64,000 nt of DNA from an uncultured Acidimicrobiales bacterium (GTDB lineage Bacteria > Actinomycetota > Acidimicrobiia > Acidimicrobiales > Ilumatobacteraceae), in the NCBI GenBank assembly GCA_963791625.1, contig CAWBTA010000005.1, positions 138,508 through 202,507 on the forward strand. Direction: 5' to 3'. The notes under the pieces were generated by a model. That model was not told the origin of the DNA. It saw only the letters and a list, made by a program, of their open reading frames with translations, and searched no databases. Positions 19,318 to 33,399 of the stretch are shown in pieces. The position numbers and the translations under genes were made by a program. Position 1 is the first letter of the stretch. Each line of letters starts with the position of its first letter.

Positions 19318-19335
19318 AATTTTTCCAGTGATCAT

Positions 19336-19411
19336 GGTTCAGTAGCTCAGTCGGCAGAGCACACGCCTGAAAAGCGTGGGGTCCGGGGATCGACGCCCCG
19401 CTGAACCACCA
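19336..19411 (+). tRNA. tRNA-Phe(GAA)
   Basis: GGTTCAGTAGCTCAGTCGG...cctGAAaag...GGGATCGACGCC...CTGAACCACCA. Confidence 0.9.
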
Positions 19412-19455
19412 CACGCAAGACGAAACGCCTTCCCACCGGGGAGGCGTTTCGTCGT

Positions 19456-20002
19456 TTACGAGCCGAAGGGGAAACCTAAATCCTCGGCGGTGGCCAGCGA
19501 GACGAAGTTGATGCCCTCGGCTTCGGCTAGGGCTTTGGCGGTGCCGCCGCGGTCGACGAGAGCCAGGATCAAGATGGGCTCGGCACCGAACTCACGTACC
19601 GCTCGGGCTGCGTCGAGGGCGCTGGTACCACGGGTGGCGGTGTCCTCGGTGATCACGACTTTGTCGCCGGGTTGCAGGGCACCGGCTATGCGACCACCCA
19701 TGCCGTGATCTTTTTCTTCCTTTCGGATGGAGAAGCTGCGAAGAAATCTTCCCCGCGTGGCTGCAACCGCAGCGATGCCGAACGCGAACAGGATCAGCAC
19801 CCATGGTGAGACCACCAATGGCCGTTGCCTCCGTGGGGATCAACGCAAGGGCCGCTTCGGCGATTAGCAGCATCCCTTCACCACGACACGCTGTCTGCTT
19901 GGTGTCCAGAAACCACGTACTGCGCGCGCCCGACTTCAGAATGAAATCGCCCCGCTTCACCGAATGGGTGAGCAGATGTGTCAAGAATTCCTCCGATGGC
20001 AT
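19456..20002 (-). pseudogene. pyrE: Orotate phosphoribosyltransferase carrying an apparent +/-1 frameshift
   Basis: The N-terminal half (MPSEEF...GGLTMGADPV) is in one frame. The C-terminal half (...[35 protein letters not shown]...) is in another. They switch at a short ttcgcgttcgg repeat (~19755). Confidence 0.55.
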
Positions 20003-20955
20003 GCCAGCGACCGTACTGTGTCGGTGTGCAGTTGCGAATCTTTACCGAACCTCAACAGGGGGCTTCCTACGAAGACATTCTCGCTATGGCCCAGATGGCC
20101 GAGGCGCTCGGGTTCAACGGGTTCTTCCGCTCCGATCACTACCTGGCCATGGGACCTGGCTCGGGCCTACCGGGCCCGACCGATGCGTGGGTGACGCTGT
20201 CGGGGCTGGCCCGCGAAACCCGAACCATCAGGCTCGGCACGCTGGTCTCGTCGGCAACCTTCCGGCTACCCGGCCCGCTTGCCATCACCGTGGCACAGGT
20301 TGATCAGATGAGCGGTGGCCGCATCGAATTCGGACTGGGAGCAGGATGGTTCGAGGCCGAACACCTGGCCTATGCCATTCCGTTCCCGCCACTGGGCGAA
20401 CGGTTTGATCGACTCCGCGAGCAGCTACAAATCATCACCGGGTTGTGGGAAACCGAGGTGGGCTCCAGCTTCGACTATGACGGAAAGCATTATCGCCTTG
20501 TCGGAGCGCCAGCCCTTCCGAAGCCTGTTCAGGAGCGGGTGCCCATCATCATTGGCGGTGGTGGCAAGCACCGAACGCCTCGTATGGCTGCCATGTTCGC
20601 CAATGAATACAACCTCGCCTTTCAACCCCTGATCCGATTTCGCGAGCAGCGAGATCGGGTACGGGCGGCATGCGACATCATCGGACGAGACCCCGATTCC
20701 GTCGTCTTTTCGGCAGCGCTAACGGTGTGCTGTGGCGAGCGCGTTGCTGACTTCAAACGCCGCGCCGCCGTATTGGGTCGCGAACCGGAGGAACTCAGGG
20801 AAAATGGAGCGGCTGGTCTTCCCCGTCAGGTTGCCGAAACGCTTCGCACGTGGGGAGAGGCGGGGGCCACCCGAATTTACCTCCAGATGATGGACATCCA
20901 CGATCTCGACCAACTCCAGGTCATTGCGGAACAGGTTGCCCCGCTGCTGGCCTGA
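19996..20955 (+). CDS. LLM-class (luciferase-like) F420-dependent oxidoreductase
   Basis: LLM fold motifs (VQLRIF..., GGRIEFGLGAGW..., IIGGGG); the true start may be GTG 20026, which avoids overlap with pyrE. Confidence 0.8.
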   Translation: MACQRPYCVGVQLRIFTEPQQGASYEDILAMAQMAEALGFNGFFRSDHYLAMGPGSGLPGPTDAWVTLSGLARETRTIRLGTLVSSATFRLPGPLAITVAQVDQMSGGRIEFGLGAGWFEAEHLAYAIPFPPLGERFDRLREQLQIITGLWETEVGSSFDYDGKHYRLVGAPALPKPVQERVPIIIGGGGKHRTPRMAAMFANEYNLAFQPLIRFREQRDRVRAACDIIGRDPDSVVFSAALTVCCGERVADFKRRAAVLGREPEELRENGAAGLPRQVAETLRTWGEAGATRIYLQMMDIHDLDQLQVIAEQVAPLLA

Positions 20956-21015
20956 TTGATAATTAATGGTTAAGCAGTCGGTTGCACAAACAGAAGCAGA
21001 GTCCGCGCACTATAC

Positions 21016-21444
21016 TTGACGTCTATGACAGATACAGCCCCGAAAAAGCGTGGCCCCAAGGCCGTTACCGCCGAGCATAAAGCAGCAATGGCTATCGGTC
21101 GCAATGAGAGCCGGTCGGTACGCCTTTACCTCGAAGCGCTTACCGCTAATCGACCAAAGCGCGGCCGCAAGCGAACCGCCGAATCCATCGCCAAGCGCCT
21201 TACTACAATTGAAGAAGAGTTCGTCGCTGCCGACGCGTTAACCCGCGTGCATCTCGTTCAGGAGCGTCTTGACCTGAATGAAGAGTTGGCCGGCATGGGT
21301 GAAACGGTCGATGTTGCAACCCTTGAAGCCGACTTCGTCGCTTCCGCAAAGGCCTATAGCGAGCGTAAGGGCATTTCTCATGCCGCTTGGCGTGCCGTCG
21401 GGGTCGACCCCTCCGTCTTAGCCAAAGCCGGTATTCACCGCTGA
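21016..21444 (+). CDS. Hypothetical basic protein with AT-hook-like motifs
   Basis: KKRGPK and RPKRGRKR near the N-terminus; preceded by an unusually AT-rich stretch (ttgataattaatggttaag...tatacttga) that looks like a promoter. Confidence 0.5.
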   Translation: MTSMTDTAPKKRGPKAVTAEHKAAMAIGRNESRSVRLYLEALTANRPKRGRKRTAESIAKRLTTIEEEFVAADALTRVHLVQERLDLNEELAGMGETVDVATLEADFVASAKAYSERKGISHAAWRAVGVDPSVLAKAGIHR

Positions 21445-21515
21445 TGGATTTCGATGGTTTCTCCGTGGGGCGGGTGCCTTCGGAGAGACCACCGGACCCG
21501 GTCTCGGATCCCGTC

Positions 21516-24762
<3,247 letters not shown>

Positions 24763-24780
24763 GAAAACTCTCGCCAACGC

Positions 24781-27264
24781 CTATCGAAGAACGAAATCGT
24801 CGTGCTCGATGTCGACCGTAAGGGTGTCGCCATCGCCGATCTTTCCTTCGAGAATGGCCATAGCGGCCCGGTCGCCGATCTCGCGTTGAATGACGCGCTT
24901 GAGCGGGCGGGCACCGAAGGCTTCATCGAAACCGTCATGCGCCAGCTTGGCCTCCGCCGCAGGCGTGACCACCATGGTGATGCGGCGGTCGGCCAGGCGT
25001 TGGCGGATGGATTTCAGCTGAATGCCGACGATGCGGGTGAGGTCGGCTTCGGTCAGTGACCGGAATCGGATGATGTCATCGATGCGGTTCACGAACTCAG
25101 GCCGGAAGTGAGTGATCGGGTCGCCCGGCAGGTTTGAGGTCATGATCAGCACGCAGTTGGTGAAGTTCACCGTACGCCCCTGGCCGTCGGTTAGGCGGCC
25201 GTCATCCAGCACCTGCAGCAGCACGTTGAAGACATCGGGGTGGGCCTTTTCGATCTCGTCGAGCAGCACCACCGAGTAAGGGCGACGACGCACAGCTTCG
25301 GTGAGTTGGCCACCCTCGTCGTAACCGACGTAGCCGGGAGGCGCTCCGATGAGGCGGCTGACCGCGTGCTTTTCCATGTACTCGCTCATGTCGATACGGA
25401 CCATGGCCCGCTGGTCGTCAAAGAGGTATTCGGCCAACGCCCGCGCCAACTCGGTCTTGCCGACGCCGGTGGGGCCGAGGAACATGAACGACCCGATCGG
25501 ACGATTCGGATCAGCGAGTCCGGCACGACTACGGCGAATGGCGTTGGAAACGGCGATGACAGCTTCATCCTGCCCGACCACACGCTCGTGCAACATGCCT
25601 TCGAGCTGCACCAGCTTGGCCATCTCGCCTTCCATCAATCGACTTACGGGCACGCCGGTTGATTTTGAAACGACCTCAGCGATGTCCTCGGCATCGACTT
25701 CTTCTTTCAGCATTCGGCTGCCCTTTTGCAGGTCATCGAGATGCGCAGATGCCTCCGCAATCCGGCGGTCGAGTTCGGGAATCCGCCCGAATCGGATCTC
25801 GGCAGCCTTGGCCAAATCGTTCTCCCGCTCGACCTGGGTACCGAGGTGCTCCCGCTCCTCTTTCAACGTGCGGATCGCGGCGATCGCTTCCTTCTCCCCT
25901 TCCCAGCGCCCTTTCATCTCGGCCGAGGTGTCCTTCAGATCTCGCAGCTCCTCGTTGATGTCATCGAGCCGGTCCTTCGAGGCCTGGTCGGTCTCCTTGT
26001 CCAACGCGAGGTGCTCGATCTCAAGTTGCATGATGCGACGTTCAATAACGTCGATCTCAGTTGGCAGGGAATCGATCTCGATACGCAGACGCGACGCCGC
26101 TTCATCGATGAGATCGATGGCCTTGTCGGGCAGGAATCGGTTAGTGATGTAACGATTCGACAACACCGCAGCCGACACAAGGGCGGAGTCCTGAATACGG
26201 ACGCCGTGATGCACCTCGTAACGTTCCTTCAGCCCGCGAAGAATGCCGATGGTGTCCTCCACGGAGGGTTCGCCGACGTACACCTGCTGGAAACGACGCT
26301 CGAGCGCAGAGTCCTTCTCGATGTACTTGCGATACTCGTCGAGCGTGGTGGCACCGATCATGCGCAACTCGCCGCGGGCCAGCATCGGCTTGATCATGTT
26401 GCCCGCGTCCATGGCCCCTTCAGCGGCGCCGGCGCCCACGATGGTGTGCAACTCGTCAACGAAGGTGATGACCTCGCCCTCCGCGTCAGTGATCTCTTTC
26501 AGCACGGCCTTCAGCCGTTCCTCGAACTCACCGCGGAACTTGGCGCCCGCGATCATCGAGCCGATATCGAGCGAAATAAGGCGCTTGTTCTTCAGACCCT
26601 CAGGCACGTCTCCGTCCGCGATGCGCTTGGCCAAACCTTCGACGATCGCGGTCTTACCGACGCCGGGTTCACCGATGAGCACCGGATTGTTTTTGGTTCG
26701 GCGAGACAGCACCTGGATGGTGCGGCGGATCTCCTCGTCGCGACCGATGACCGGGTCGATCTTGCCGTCACGGGCGCGCTGGGTCAGGTCCTGGCCGTAC
26801 TTCTCAAGGGCCTGAAAACTCTCCTCGGGATTCTGCGAAGTGACGCGATGCGAACCGCGAACTTCGGACAACGCTTGCAGCAGTTCCTCTTTGCCAACGC
26901 CCAATCGATCGGGCATGGCGAGCAGCAGGTGTTCAACCGACAGGTAGCTGTCGTGCAGTTCCTTCTGCGCAGCCAGAGCAGCATCGAACATCGCGGTCGC
27001 TTCCCGGCCGAGTCGAGCCGATTCGCCACCGAAAGCCTGCGGCAATTTTTCGACGGCTTCGTCAGCACGGTTGCGCAACATGAGTGGTGCAAGCCCCAGC
27101 TTTTGTACCGTCGGCAGCACCACCGATCCATCCTGGCGAAGAAGGGCAGCAAGAATGTGATCGGGCGTGAGTTCGGGGTTGCTCTTCGCTCGCGCCTGCT
27201 CCTGCGCAGCGGCGACGGCCTCCTGCGTTTTCTGCGTCCACTTGTTCGGATTCAGTGTTGCCAC
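24781..27264 (-). CDS. clpB: ATP-dependent chaperone ClpB
   Basis: Two AAA+ modules ([16 protein letters not shown]), coiled-coil M-domain, 827 aa. Confidence 0.95.
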   Translation of the reverse strand: MATLNPNKWTQKTQEAVAAAQEQARAKSNPELTPDHILAALLRQDGSVVLPTVQKLGLAPLMLRNRADEAVEKLPQAFGGESARLGREATAMFDAALAAQKELHDSYLSVEHLLLAMPDRLGVGKEELLQALSEVRGSHRVTSQNPEESFQALEKYGQDLTQRARDGKIDPVIGRDEEIRRTIQVLSRRTKNNPVLIGEPGVGKTAIVEGLAKRIADGDVPEGLKNKRLISLDIGSMIAGAKFRGEFEERLKAVLKEITDAEGEVITFVDELHTIVGAGAAEGAMDAGNMIKPMLARGELRMIGATTLDEYRKYIEKDSALERRFQQVYVGEPSVEDTIGILRGLKERYEVHHGVRIQDSALVSAAVLSNRYITNRFLPDKAIDLIDEAASRLRIEIDSLPTEIDVIERRIMQLEIEHLALDKETDQASKDRLDDINEELRDLKDTSAEMKGRWEGEKEAIAAIRTLKEEREHLGTQVERENDLAKAAEIRFGRIPELDRRIAEASAHLDDLQKGSRMLKEEVDAEDIAEVVSKSTGVPVSRLMEGEMAKLVQLEGMLHERVVGQDEAVIAVSNAIRRSRAGLADPNRPIGSFMFLGPTGVGKTELARALAEYLFDDQRAMVRIDMSEYMEKHAVSRLIGAPPGYVGYDEGGQLTEAVRRRPYSVVLLDEIEKAHPDVFNVLLQVLDDGRLTDGQGRTVNFTNCVLIMTSNLPGDPITHFRPEFVNRIDDIIRFRSLTEADLTRIVGIQLKSIRQRLADRRITMVVTPAAEAKLAHDGFDEAFGARPLKRVIQREIGDRAAMAILEGKIGDGDTLTVDIEHDDFVLR

Positions 27265-27373
27265 AACTCTCCTTCAACCAACTCGACAGACCTGGCACAT
27301 TCAAATTTTGCCTACGCCCGTACCTCGGGAAAGGGTCCAGGGTCAGGACGGCCGAGGACGAAAGACTCGCGCG

Positions 27374-27769
27374 TCAATCGCGGCGCAGGATGCTGGGGAC
27401 CTGCCCGAAGACGGCGACGGATTGATGCAACGGGACGAGGTCGCGGCGCTGACGGCGGACGGCTTCGTCATCGGCGCGACGGGCATGTTCGCGAAGCGCG
27501 ACCACCTCATCCTGGAGCGCGGCGACTCGTTCTTCGAGGGCGAGAATGCGGGTGACGCCGGCGATGTTCATGCCCTCTTCCATGAGTTCATGGATGCGAC
27601 GCAGACGCTGCAGATCGGCGTTGGAGTAGCGCCTGTTTCCGCCAGATGTGCGGGCGGGTTCGAGCAGACCTTTGCGTTCGTAGATGCGAAGGGTCTGTGG
27701 ATGCACGCCCGCCAGTTCGGCTGCGACGGAGATGACGTAGACGGCTCGGGCATCGGATCGGAGTTCCAT
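27374..27769 (-). CDS. hspR: MerR-family heat-shock repressor HspR
   Basis: MerR HTH (YVISVAAELAGVHPQTLRIYERKGLL) as the last gene of the dnaK operon. Confidence 0.85.
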   Translation of the reverse strand: MELRSDARAVYVISVAAELAGVHPQTLRIYERKGLLEPARTSGGNRRYSNADLQRLRRIHELMEEGMNIAGVTRILALEERVAALQDEVVALREHARRADDEAVRRQRRDLVPLHQSVAVFGQVPSILRRD

Positions 27770-27772
27770 TGG

Positions 27773-28918
27773 CTACACCTCCAGGTGAGCTCGGGGGGAG
27801 GACGAAGTGACGAGACGGAGCGCTTCAACAGCAGTGAGCTCTTCAGCGGTTGGCTTGGCGGGCACGATCACGTCGACGGTGACGATCAGATCTCCCGTTG
27901 CCTTGGCGGTGCTGATGCCCTTGCCTTTCACGCGGTGTTTGGATCCGGGCTGTGTGCCGGAACGAAGGCGCAGCTTCACGGTGCTGCCGTCGAGCGTCGG
28001 TATGTCGATATCGGCACCTGCGACAGCTTCGGGGTACGTGATGGGAATACGCAGCAAAAGGTTCACGCCGTCTCGACTGAACAGCGCGTGCGGTGTGACA
28101 TGACATTCAACGAGCAGGTCGCCCGACGGGCCGCCATTGCGACCGGGGCCGCCACGGCCTTTCAGGCGAATGGTTGAACCGTCGGCCACGCCGGCAGGGA
28201 TACGCACGGCGACTTCACGTGGTCGACGTTCGATGCCTTTGCCGCGACATGTCGGGCAGGGCGTGTCGATAACGACGCCCTTGCCCTGGCACACAACGCA
28301 TGGCGACGAGAAGGAGAAGAACCCTTGGTTCTCATCGGTGACGCCGCGCCCGTTGCACACCCCGCACAGACGCGGCTGCGTGCCGGGCGCGGCGCCCGAA
28401 CCGCTACAGGTCGTGCACGACGCGTCAGAGGTGAGATGCAGCGTGGTGGTGAGCCCGTGCGCGGCGTCAACGAACTCAAGCGTGAGGCTGGCCGTGAGAT
28501 CTTCGCCGCGTTGCGGTCCGACCCCTCGGTTCCCGCCGGCCGCGCCACCGGGTCGGCGCTGACGGCCGAACAGACCGCCGAGCAGGTCGCCCATGCCGTC
28601 GGTGCCGACGTTGAAGTTGAAGCCACCCGGGCCGCCACCCGCGCCACCGCTACCCCCGGCGCCAAAGGGATTTCCCATCGGGCCGAGCCGGCGGACTTCG
28701 TCGTACTCCTTGCGCTTCGCGTCATCACCAAGCACGTCATAGGCAGCGGAGACATCCTTAAACTTCTCCTCGGCCTTGGCGTTGCCCGGGTTGGCGTCGG
28801 GATGCAGCTCGCGCGCGAGTTTGCGGTACGCCTTGGTGATCTCCTTGGCATCAGCCTTGTCAGAGACGCCCAGGGTCTTGTAGTAGTCCTTGTCGTACCA
28901 CTCTCGCTGCGGAGCCAC
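27773..28918 (-). CDS. dnaJ: Chaperone DnaJ
   Basis: J-domain with HPD, G-rich linker, four CxxCxGxG repeats. Confidence 0.95.
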   Translation of the reverse strand: MAPQREWYDKDYYKTLGVSDKADAKEITKAYRKLARELHPDANPGNAKAEEKFKDVSAAYDVLGDDAKRKEYDEVRRLGPMGNPFGAGGSGGAGGGPGGFNFNVGTDGMGDLLGGLFGRQRRPGGAAGGNRGVGPQRGEDLTASLTLEFVDAAHGLTTTLHLTSDASCTTCSGSGAAPGTQPRLCGVCNGRGVTDENQGFFSFSSPCVVCQGKGVVIDTPCPTCRGKGIERRPREVAVRIPAGVADGSTIRLKGRGGPGRNGGPSGDLLVECHVTPHALFSRDGVNLLLRIPITYPEAVAGADIDIPTLDGSTVKLRLRSGTQPGSKHRVKGKGISTAKATGDLIVTVDVIVPAKPTAEELTAVEALRLVTSSSPRAHLEV

Positions 28919-28921
28919 GAT

Positions 28922-29428
28922 CTACCCCTTGACCTTCACCATGGCCGCGCGAAGCACGCGACCCTTCCAGCGATAACCGGTACGAAGCACTTCGGCCACG
29001 ACGGGTTCACCGCCGTCACCTTCCTCGTGCACGACTGCGTCGGCGTCGGTCGGGTCAAAGGGCTTGCCGTCGAGGTCCATCACTTCGAGACCCTGCTTTT
29101 GCAGCACGCCGAGCAGCGCCGACCAGATCGGCTCAACACCGACCGTGCCATGGGAGAACGCGGCCTCGCATGCATCAAGGACGGGCAAGAGACTGTCTAC
29201 GAGCCGGCCCGTGGAACGGTCCACTTCGTCAGCCTGCTGACCAGCCACGCGCTTGCGATAATTCTCGAAGTCGGCCTGCAGACGCAGGGCGATGTCCTTG
29301 AACTGGTCGCGCTCAGAGAGGAGATCGGCGATATCGGCCTCGACCGGGTCGGCGGCCGACGACGCGTCCATCGCGTCGTCAGCAACCAACTCGACGTCTT
29401 CAACATCGACGTTGTTCGGTTCTGTCAC
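28922..29428 (-). CDS. grpE: Nucleotide exchange factor GrpE
   Basis: GrpE core ...FENYRKR... Confidence 0.9.
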   Translation of the reverse strand: MTEPNNVDVEDVELVADDAMDASSAADPVEADIADLLSERDQFKDIALRLQADFENYRKRVAGQQADEVDRSTGRLVDSLLPVLDACEAAFSHGTVGVEPIWSALLGVLQKQGLEVMDLDGKPFDPTDADAVVHEEGDGGEPVVAEVLRTGYRWKGRVLRAAMVKVKG

Positions 29429-31260
29429 TTTTCCTCGTCCACGATTTCGGCGTCGACGATCTCGTCGTCAGACGGTGCCGATGACTGACCCGACGCCGAC
29501 GTACCGGCCGCACCAGAATCACGCGCAGCAGCCTCATAGAGCTTTTGGCTGAAGCTCTGGCTGGCGGCCATGAGCTTGTCGGTAGCGTCCTTGATAGCTG
29601 CTTGATCGTTGCCATTGAGGGCAGCCTTCAGATCAGACAGCGGGGCCTCGACGGCAGCCTTTTCTTCCTCGGACACCTTGTCGCCCTGCTCCTTCAACAC
29701 CTTCTCGGTCTGGTACACGAGGGAGTCTGCGTTGTTGCGAGTTTCGGCCTCTTCACGACGACGCTTGTCATCCTCGGCATGCGCTTCGGCATCTTTGACC
29801 ATCTTGGCGATGTCATCCTTCGACAAGGTCGACTGACCGGTGATGGTGATGGACTGCTCTTTATTGGTGGCGCGGTCTTTAGCCGACACGTTCACGATGC
29901 CGTTGGCGTCGATGTCGAACGTGACCTCAATCTGGGGCACACCCCGGGGCGCGGGTGGCAAGTCAACCAGCTGGAACTTGCCGAGCGTCTTGTTGTAGTT
30001 GGCCATCTCGCGCTCACCCTGCAGCACGTGGATTTCCACTGACGGCTGCATGTCCTCCGCGGTGGTGAACACCTCAGTACGACGGGTGGGGATAGTGGTG
30101 TTGCGTTCGATGAGACGAGTCATCACGCCACCACGGGTCTCGATACCAAGAGCGAGCGGCGTGACGTCGAGAAGCAGTACGTCCTTCACGTCACCGCGCA
30201 AGACACCGGCCTGAACAGCTGCGCCAACGGCCACAACTTCGTCGGGGTTCACACTCTTGTTCGGCTCTTTGCCGGTGAGGCTCATAACGAGCTCCTGCAC
30301 GGCGGGCATACGGGTAGAGCCACCGACGAGGATGACGTGGGCAAGAGCGCCCTTCGACACACCGGCGTCGGCAAGGGCTTTCTCGAAGGGGATCTTGCAA
30401 CGCTCGATGAGGTCGGCGGTCATCTCCTGGAACTTGGCGCGGGTGAGCTGCTCGTCCATGTGGAGCGGACCCTGCGGAGTAGCGGTGATGAACGGCAGGT
30501 TGATCTGCGTTGACTGCACCTGCGAAAGCTCGATCTTGGCCTTCTCGGCCGCTTCCTTCAATCGCTGCACGGCCATCTTGTCGGCGGCCAGGTCGACACC
30601 GTGCGCAGCCTTGAACTGGGCGACCAGCCAGTCGATGATGCGCTGATCCCAGTCATCGCCACCGAGGTGGGTGTCACCGTTGGTGGACTTCACTTCGAAC
30701 ACGCCATCGCCGATTTCGAGCACCGACACGTCGAAGGTGCCGCCACCGAGGTCGAACACCAGAATGGTCTCATCATCGGTAGCCTTTTCGAGGCCATAGG
30801 CAAGGGCAGCAGCGGTGGGCTCGTTGATGATGCGGAGCACTTCGAGACCGGCGATCTGGCCAGCTTCCTTGGTGGCGGTGCGCTGAGCGTCGTCGAAGTA
30901 GGCGGGCACCGTGATAACCGCCTGGGTGACGGTCTCACCAAGGTAGGCCTCAGCGTCACGCTTGAGCTTCATGAGCGTGCGGGCGCTGATCTCCTGCGCG
31001 GTGTACTTCTTGCCATCAATCTCCTGGGACCAGTTGGTACCCATGTGACGTTTGATGGAGCGGAAGGTGCGATCACCGTTGGTGATGGCCTGACGCTTGG
31101 CCACTTCACCAACCAGCACTTCGCCGTTGCGAGCGAACGCAACGATGGACGGCGTGGTACGGCCACCTTCGGCATTGGGGATAACGACGGGCTCGCCGGC
31201 CTCAAGGACCGAAACGACGGAGTTGGTTGTACCGAGATCGATACCTACTGCTTTGGGCAT
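29425..31260 (-). CDS. dnaK: Chaperone DnaK (Hsp70)
   Basis: [16 protein letters not shown]. Start at internal ATG ([10 protein letters not shown]) with AGGAGG RBS; the upstream part of the annotated ORF is the leader. Confidence 0.95.
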   Translation of the reverse strand: MPKAVGIDLGTTNSVVSVLEAGEPVVIPNAEGGRTTPSIVAFARNGEVLVGEVAKRQAITNGDRTFRSIKRHMGTNWSQEIDGKKYTAQEISARTLMKLKRDAEAYLGETVTQAVITVPAYFDDAQRTATKEAGQIAGLEVLRIINEPTAAALAYGLEKATDDETILVFDLGGGTFDVSVLEIGDGVFEVKSTNGDTHLGGDDWDQRIIDWLVAQFKAAHGVDLAADKMAVQRLKEAAEKAKIELSQVQSTQINLPFITATPQGPLHMDEQLTRAKFQEMTADLIERCKIPFEKALADAGVSKGALAHVILVGGSTRMPAVQELVMSLTGKEPNKSVNPDEVVAVGAAVQAGVLRGDVKDVLLLDVTPLALGIETRGGVMTRLIERNTTIPTRRTEVFTTAEDMQPSVEIHVLQGEREMANYNKTLGKFQLVDLPPAPRGVPQIEVTFDIDANGIVNVSAKDRATNKEQSITITGQSTLSKDDIAKMVKDAEAHAEDDKRRREEAETRNNADSLVYQTEKVLKEQGDKVSEEEKAAVEAPLSDLKAALNGNDQAAIKDATDKLMAASQSFSQKLYEAAARDSGAAGTSASGQSSAPSDDEIVDAEIVDEEK

Positions 31261-31394
31261 GGGGGGCCTCCTGGCCAAGGGTTTGAGCGGTAAAGCGAGC
31301 GGTAGCTCGCAAGCGAAACAGATTGGGTATGCGGTTTGCTTCTGTTCAAAGGCTATGACGGCCTCCGGGTGTATGCAACGTGAACAACAGAAAA

Positions 31395-31415
31395 GTTGAG
31401 CGTATTCCACTCAAG
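31395..31415 (-). promoter_or_regulatory. HAIR-like HspR operator upstream of dnaK
   Basis: GTTGAGC-gtattcc-ACTCAAG matches CTTGAGT-N7-ACTCAAG at 12/14, ~135 bp upstream of the dnaK start. A weaker, looser palindrome lies at ~31283-31315. Confidence 0.5.
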
Positions 31416-31519
31416 GTAGGAATTCGTCTGGAGACGTTGCCGAAAGTTGAGAACTGCCATAAGTTTCCAGAGGACTCATAGCCAATCCCAGACGACGAGA
31501 CCACGGAGGGCGGCAAGAA

Positions 31520-32482
31520 ATGGCGTTGACACTCACCAAGGCGGTCTTTCTGGCCCTCCTCATCGTGCTGCTTGTCGGCATCCTTACCGCGGCGATTCGA
31601 GCAATTCTGAGCACCTGGAAGTTCATCGACGGCGAGGATCTCGCGGCCGGCATCGTGCTCACACTGGTGCTCCTGGTGCTCGACGTTGCTCTCTTGATCG
31701 CCGGCCTCATCCCGGCCGCGGTCATCGTGTTCGCCCTCATCCCGCTCGCCGTCGGGCTGTACTTCGAATCCGGCACTCTGAGCGGCGCCGACTTCGGCCA
31801 TGTGGTCAAACGGGATCTTCGTCGTACGACGTGGGAGGGGCCGGGCCACTACCTCGTCGCCCGCCACCGGACCGAGGTCCGCAAGATCATGCTGGTCGCT
31901 CACGCCATCAACGTGCCCAAGCGGCCTGAGAAGGCCAACGAGAGCGACAAGGTTCCACCCGCAAAAGAGGAGTTCTGGGCTCTGTCGAGCGATCGCATTC
32001 GGATGAACGTCTCGCTGCTCTGTAAGTACCAGCTCGATCCGACCGAGCGGGACGACCCGGAGTTCCATCACAAGCTGTTCGTAATGGGGACACCGGAGGC
32101 GATTCGAGAACGAGTTCGACCACTCGTGGAGATGGCTCTGCACGACGTCATGGGTCGTTACAGTGCGATGGATGCTGCCACCTGGAATCGTGAGCCGGTT
32201 CGGGAAGCGTTGGAGGCTCGCCTGGCACCACTGTTTTCGAGCGTCGGCCTAGCGCTCAAAGTTGTCGTGCTGGGCGCAGTCGTGCCCGAAGACGAAGTTC
32301 GCCGCTCCGAACTGCACATGCGAGAACTGGAGGAGTTGGAGAAGTCGATGGGCAAGACCGGCCTCGCGGTGCATCGCATCGATGCGCTCGAGAAGGCCGG
32401 TGTCGTTGTGGTGCCTTCCGATCCGTCGGTCCTCCTCGCCGCCGGGGGCCGAGTCCCCCCACCACCGCCCTCTTCCTCGTAG
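31520..32482 (+). CDS. Membrane protein with 3 TM and a C-terminal SPFH/band-7-like domain, Pro-rich tail
   Basis: Hydropathy; ...ALKVVVLGAVVPEDEV... resembles the SPFH core. Confidence 0.45.
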   Translation: MALTLTKAVFLALLIVLLVGILTAAIRAILSTWKFIDGEDLAAGIVLTLVLLVLDVALLIAGLIPAAVIVFALIPLAVGLYFESGTLSGADFGHVVKRDLRRTTWEGPGHYLVARHRTEVRKIMLVAHAINVPKRPEKANESDKVPPAKEEFWALSSDRIRMNVSLLCKYQLDPTERDDPEFHHKLFVMGTPEAIRERVRPLVEMALHDVMGRYSAMDAATWNREPVREALEARLAPLFSSVGLALKVVVLGAVVPEDEVRRSELHMRELEELEKSMGKTGLAVHRIDALEKAGVVVVPSDPSVLLAAGGRVPPPPPSSS

Positions 32483-32523
32483 CAGCGTGACGCGGATGAC
32501 CGCGGTCTGCCAACATCGCGGCC

Positions 32524-33267
32524 ATGCCTTCGACCCTTGTCATTGTCCGCCACGGTGAGAGCACCTGGAACCAAGAGAATCGCTTTACCGGCTGGCACGA
32601 CGTTGCCCTGACCGCCGAGGGCGAAACCCAAGCCTCTGCTGCCGGCGTTTCGATGCGTGACGCTGGCTTGTTCTTCGATGTCGGACACACATCTCTGCAG
32701 ACCCGCGCGGTCGTCACCGCCAACCTGGCCCTCGCTGCGCTGGGCCAGCCGTGGCTGCCGGTTCAGCGCTCATGGCGGTTGAACGAACGGCATTATGGAG
32801 CGCTTCAAGGACTGGATAAAAAGGAAACAACAGCCTTACACGGAGCCGAGCAAACAAATCTTTGGCGCCGCAGCTACGACGTCCCACCGCCCCCCGTCGA
32901 CACGAATTCGCCAGAGCATCCCCGCCACGATCCGCGGTACCGACTGCTGGCGCCCGATGTCCTTCCCGCCTCTGAGTGTTTGCGCGACGTCGTTGCCCGT
33001 GTGCTTCCGTACTGGCACGACACCATCGTTCCCCAGCTCCGAGCCGGCTTAACGGTGCTGGTAGCAGCCCACGGCAACTCGCTGCGGGCACTTTGGAAGC
33101 ACCTGGAAGGGGTCAGTGATGCCGACATTGCAGAACTGAACATTCCGACCGGATTTCCCAGGCGATACGTGTTTGATGACAACCTGACCGTGGTTGAGGC
33201 GGCGTATCTGGCCGATCCCGAGGTGGCCGCCAAAGCCGCAGCTGCCGTCGCCCAACAATCAAGATAA
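32524..33267 (+). CDS. gpmA: 2,3-bisphosphoglycerate-dependent phosphoglycerate mutase
   Basis: LVIVRHGESTWNQENRFTGW (catalytic RHG), HGNSLR. Confidence 0.9.
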   Translation: MPSTLVIVRHGESTWNQENRFTGWHDVALTAEGETQASAAGVSMRDAGLFFDVGHTSLQTRAVVTANLALAALGQPWLPVQRSWRLNERHYGALQGLDKKETTALHGAEQTNLWRRSYDVPPPPVDTNSPEHPRHDPRYRLLAPDVLPASECLRDVVARVLPYWHDTIVPQLRAGLTVLVAAHGNSLRALWKHLEGVSDADIAELNIPTGFPRRYVFDDNLTVVEAAYLADPEVAAKAAAAVAQQSR

Positions 33268-33399
33268 CCTCAATAGTTTATAAAGAACGCGAAAGCGTGG
33301 ACTTTCGGGAATCCATATGCCCCTTGTTCATGTACGGTCCTTTCTTTCGTTGACCGTCGAACAAGTGCAACCTCCAGACTGGAGGGTCAAAGGATTCAT

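Noticed and set aside
27265-27373. Possible HAIR operator for clpB
   Set aside because: Only isolated TTGAA half-sites; no 7-bp-spaced inverted repeat comparable to the dnaK site.
25726-27555. 609-aa plus-strand ORF
   Set aside because: Lies entirely antisense to clpB, which has unmistakable AAA+ motifs.
29425-31410. 661-aa dnaK ORF including a 50-codon leader
   Set aside because: The leader encodes Cys-rich junk; the canonical DnaK N-terminus begins at ATG 31260, which has an AGGAGG RBS.
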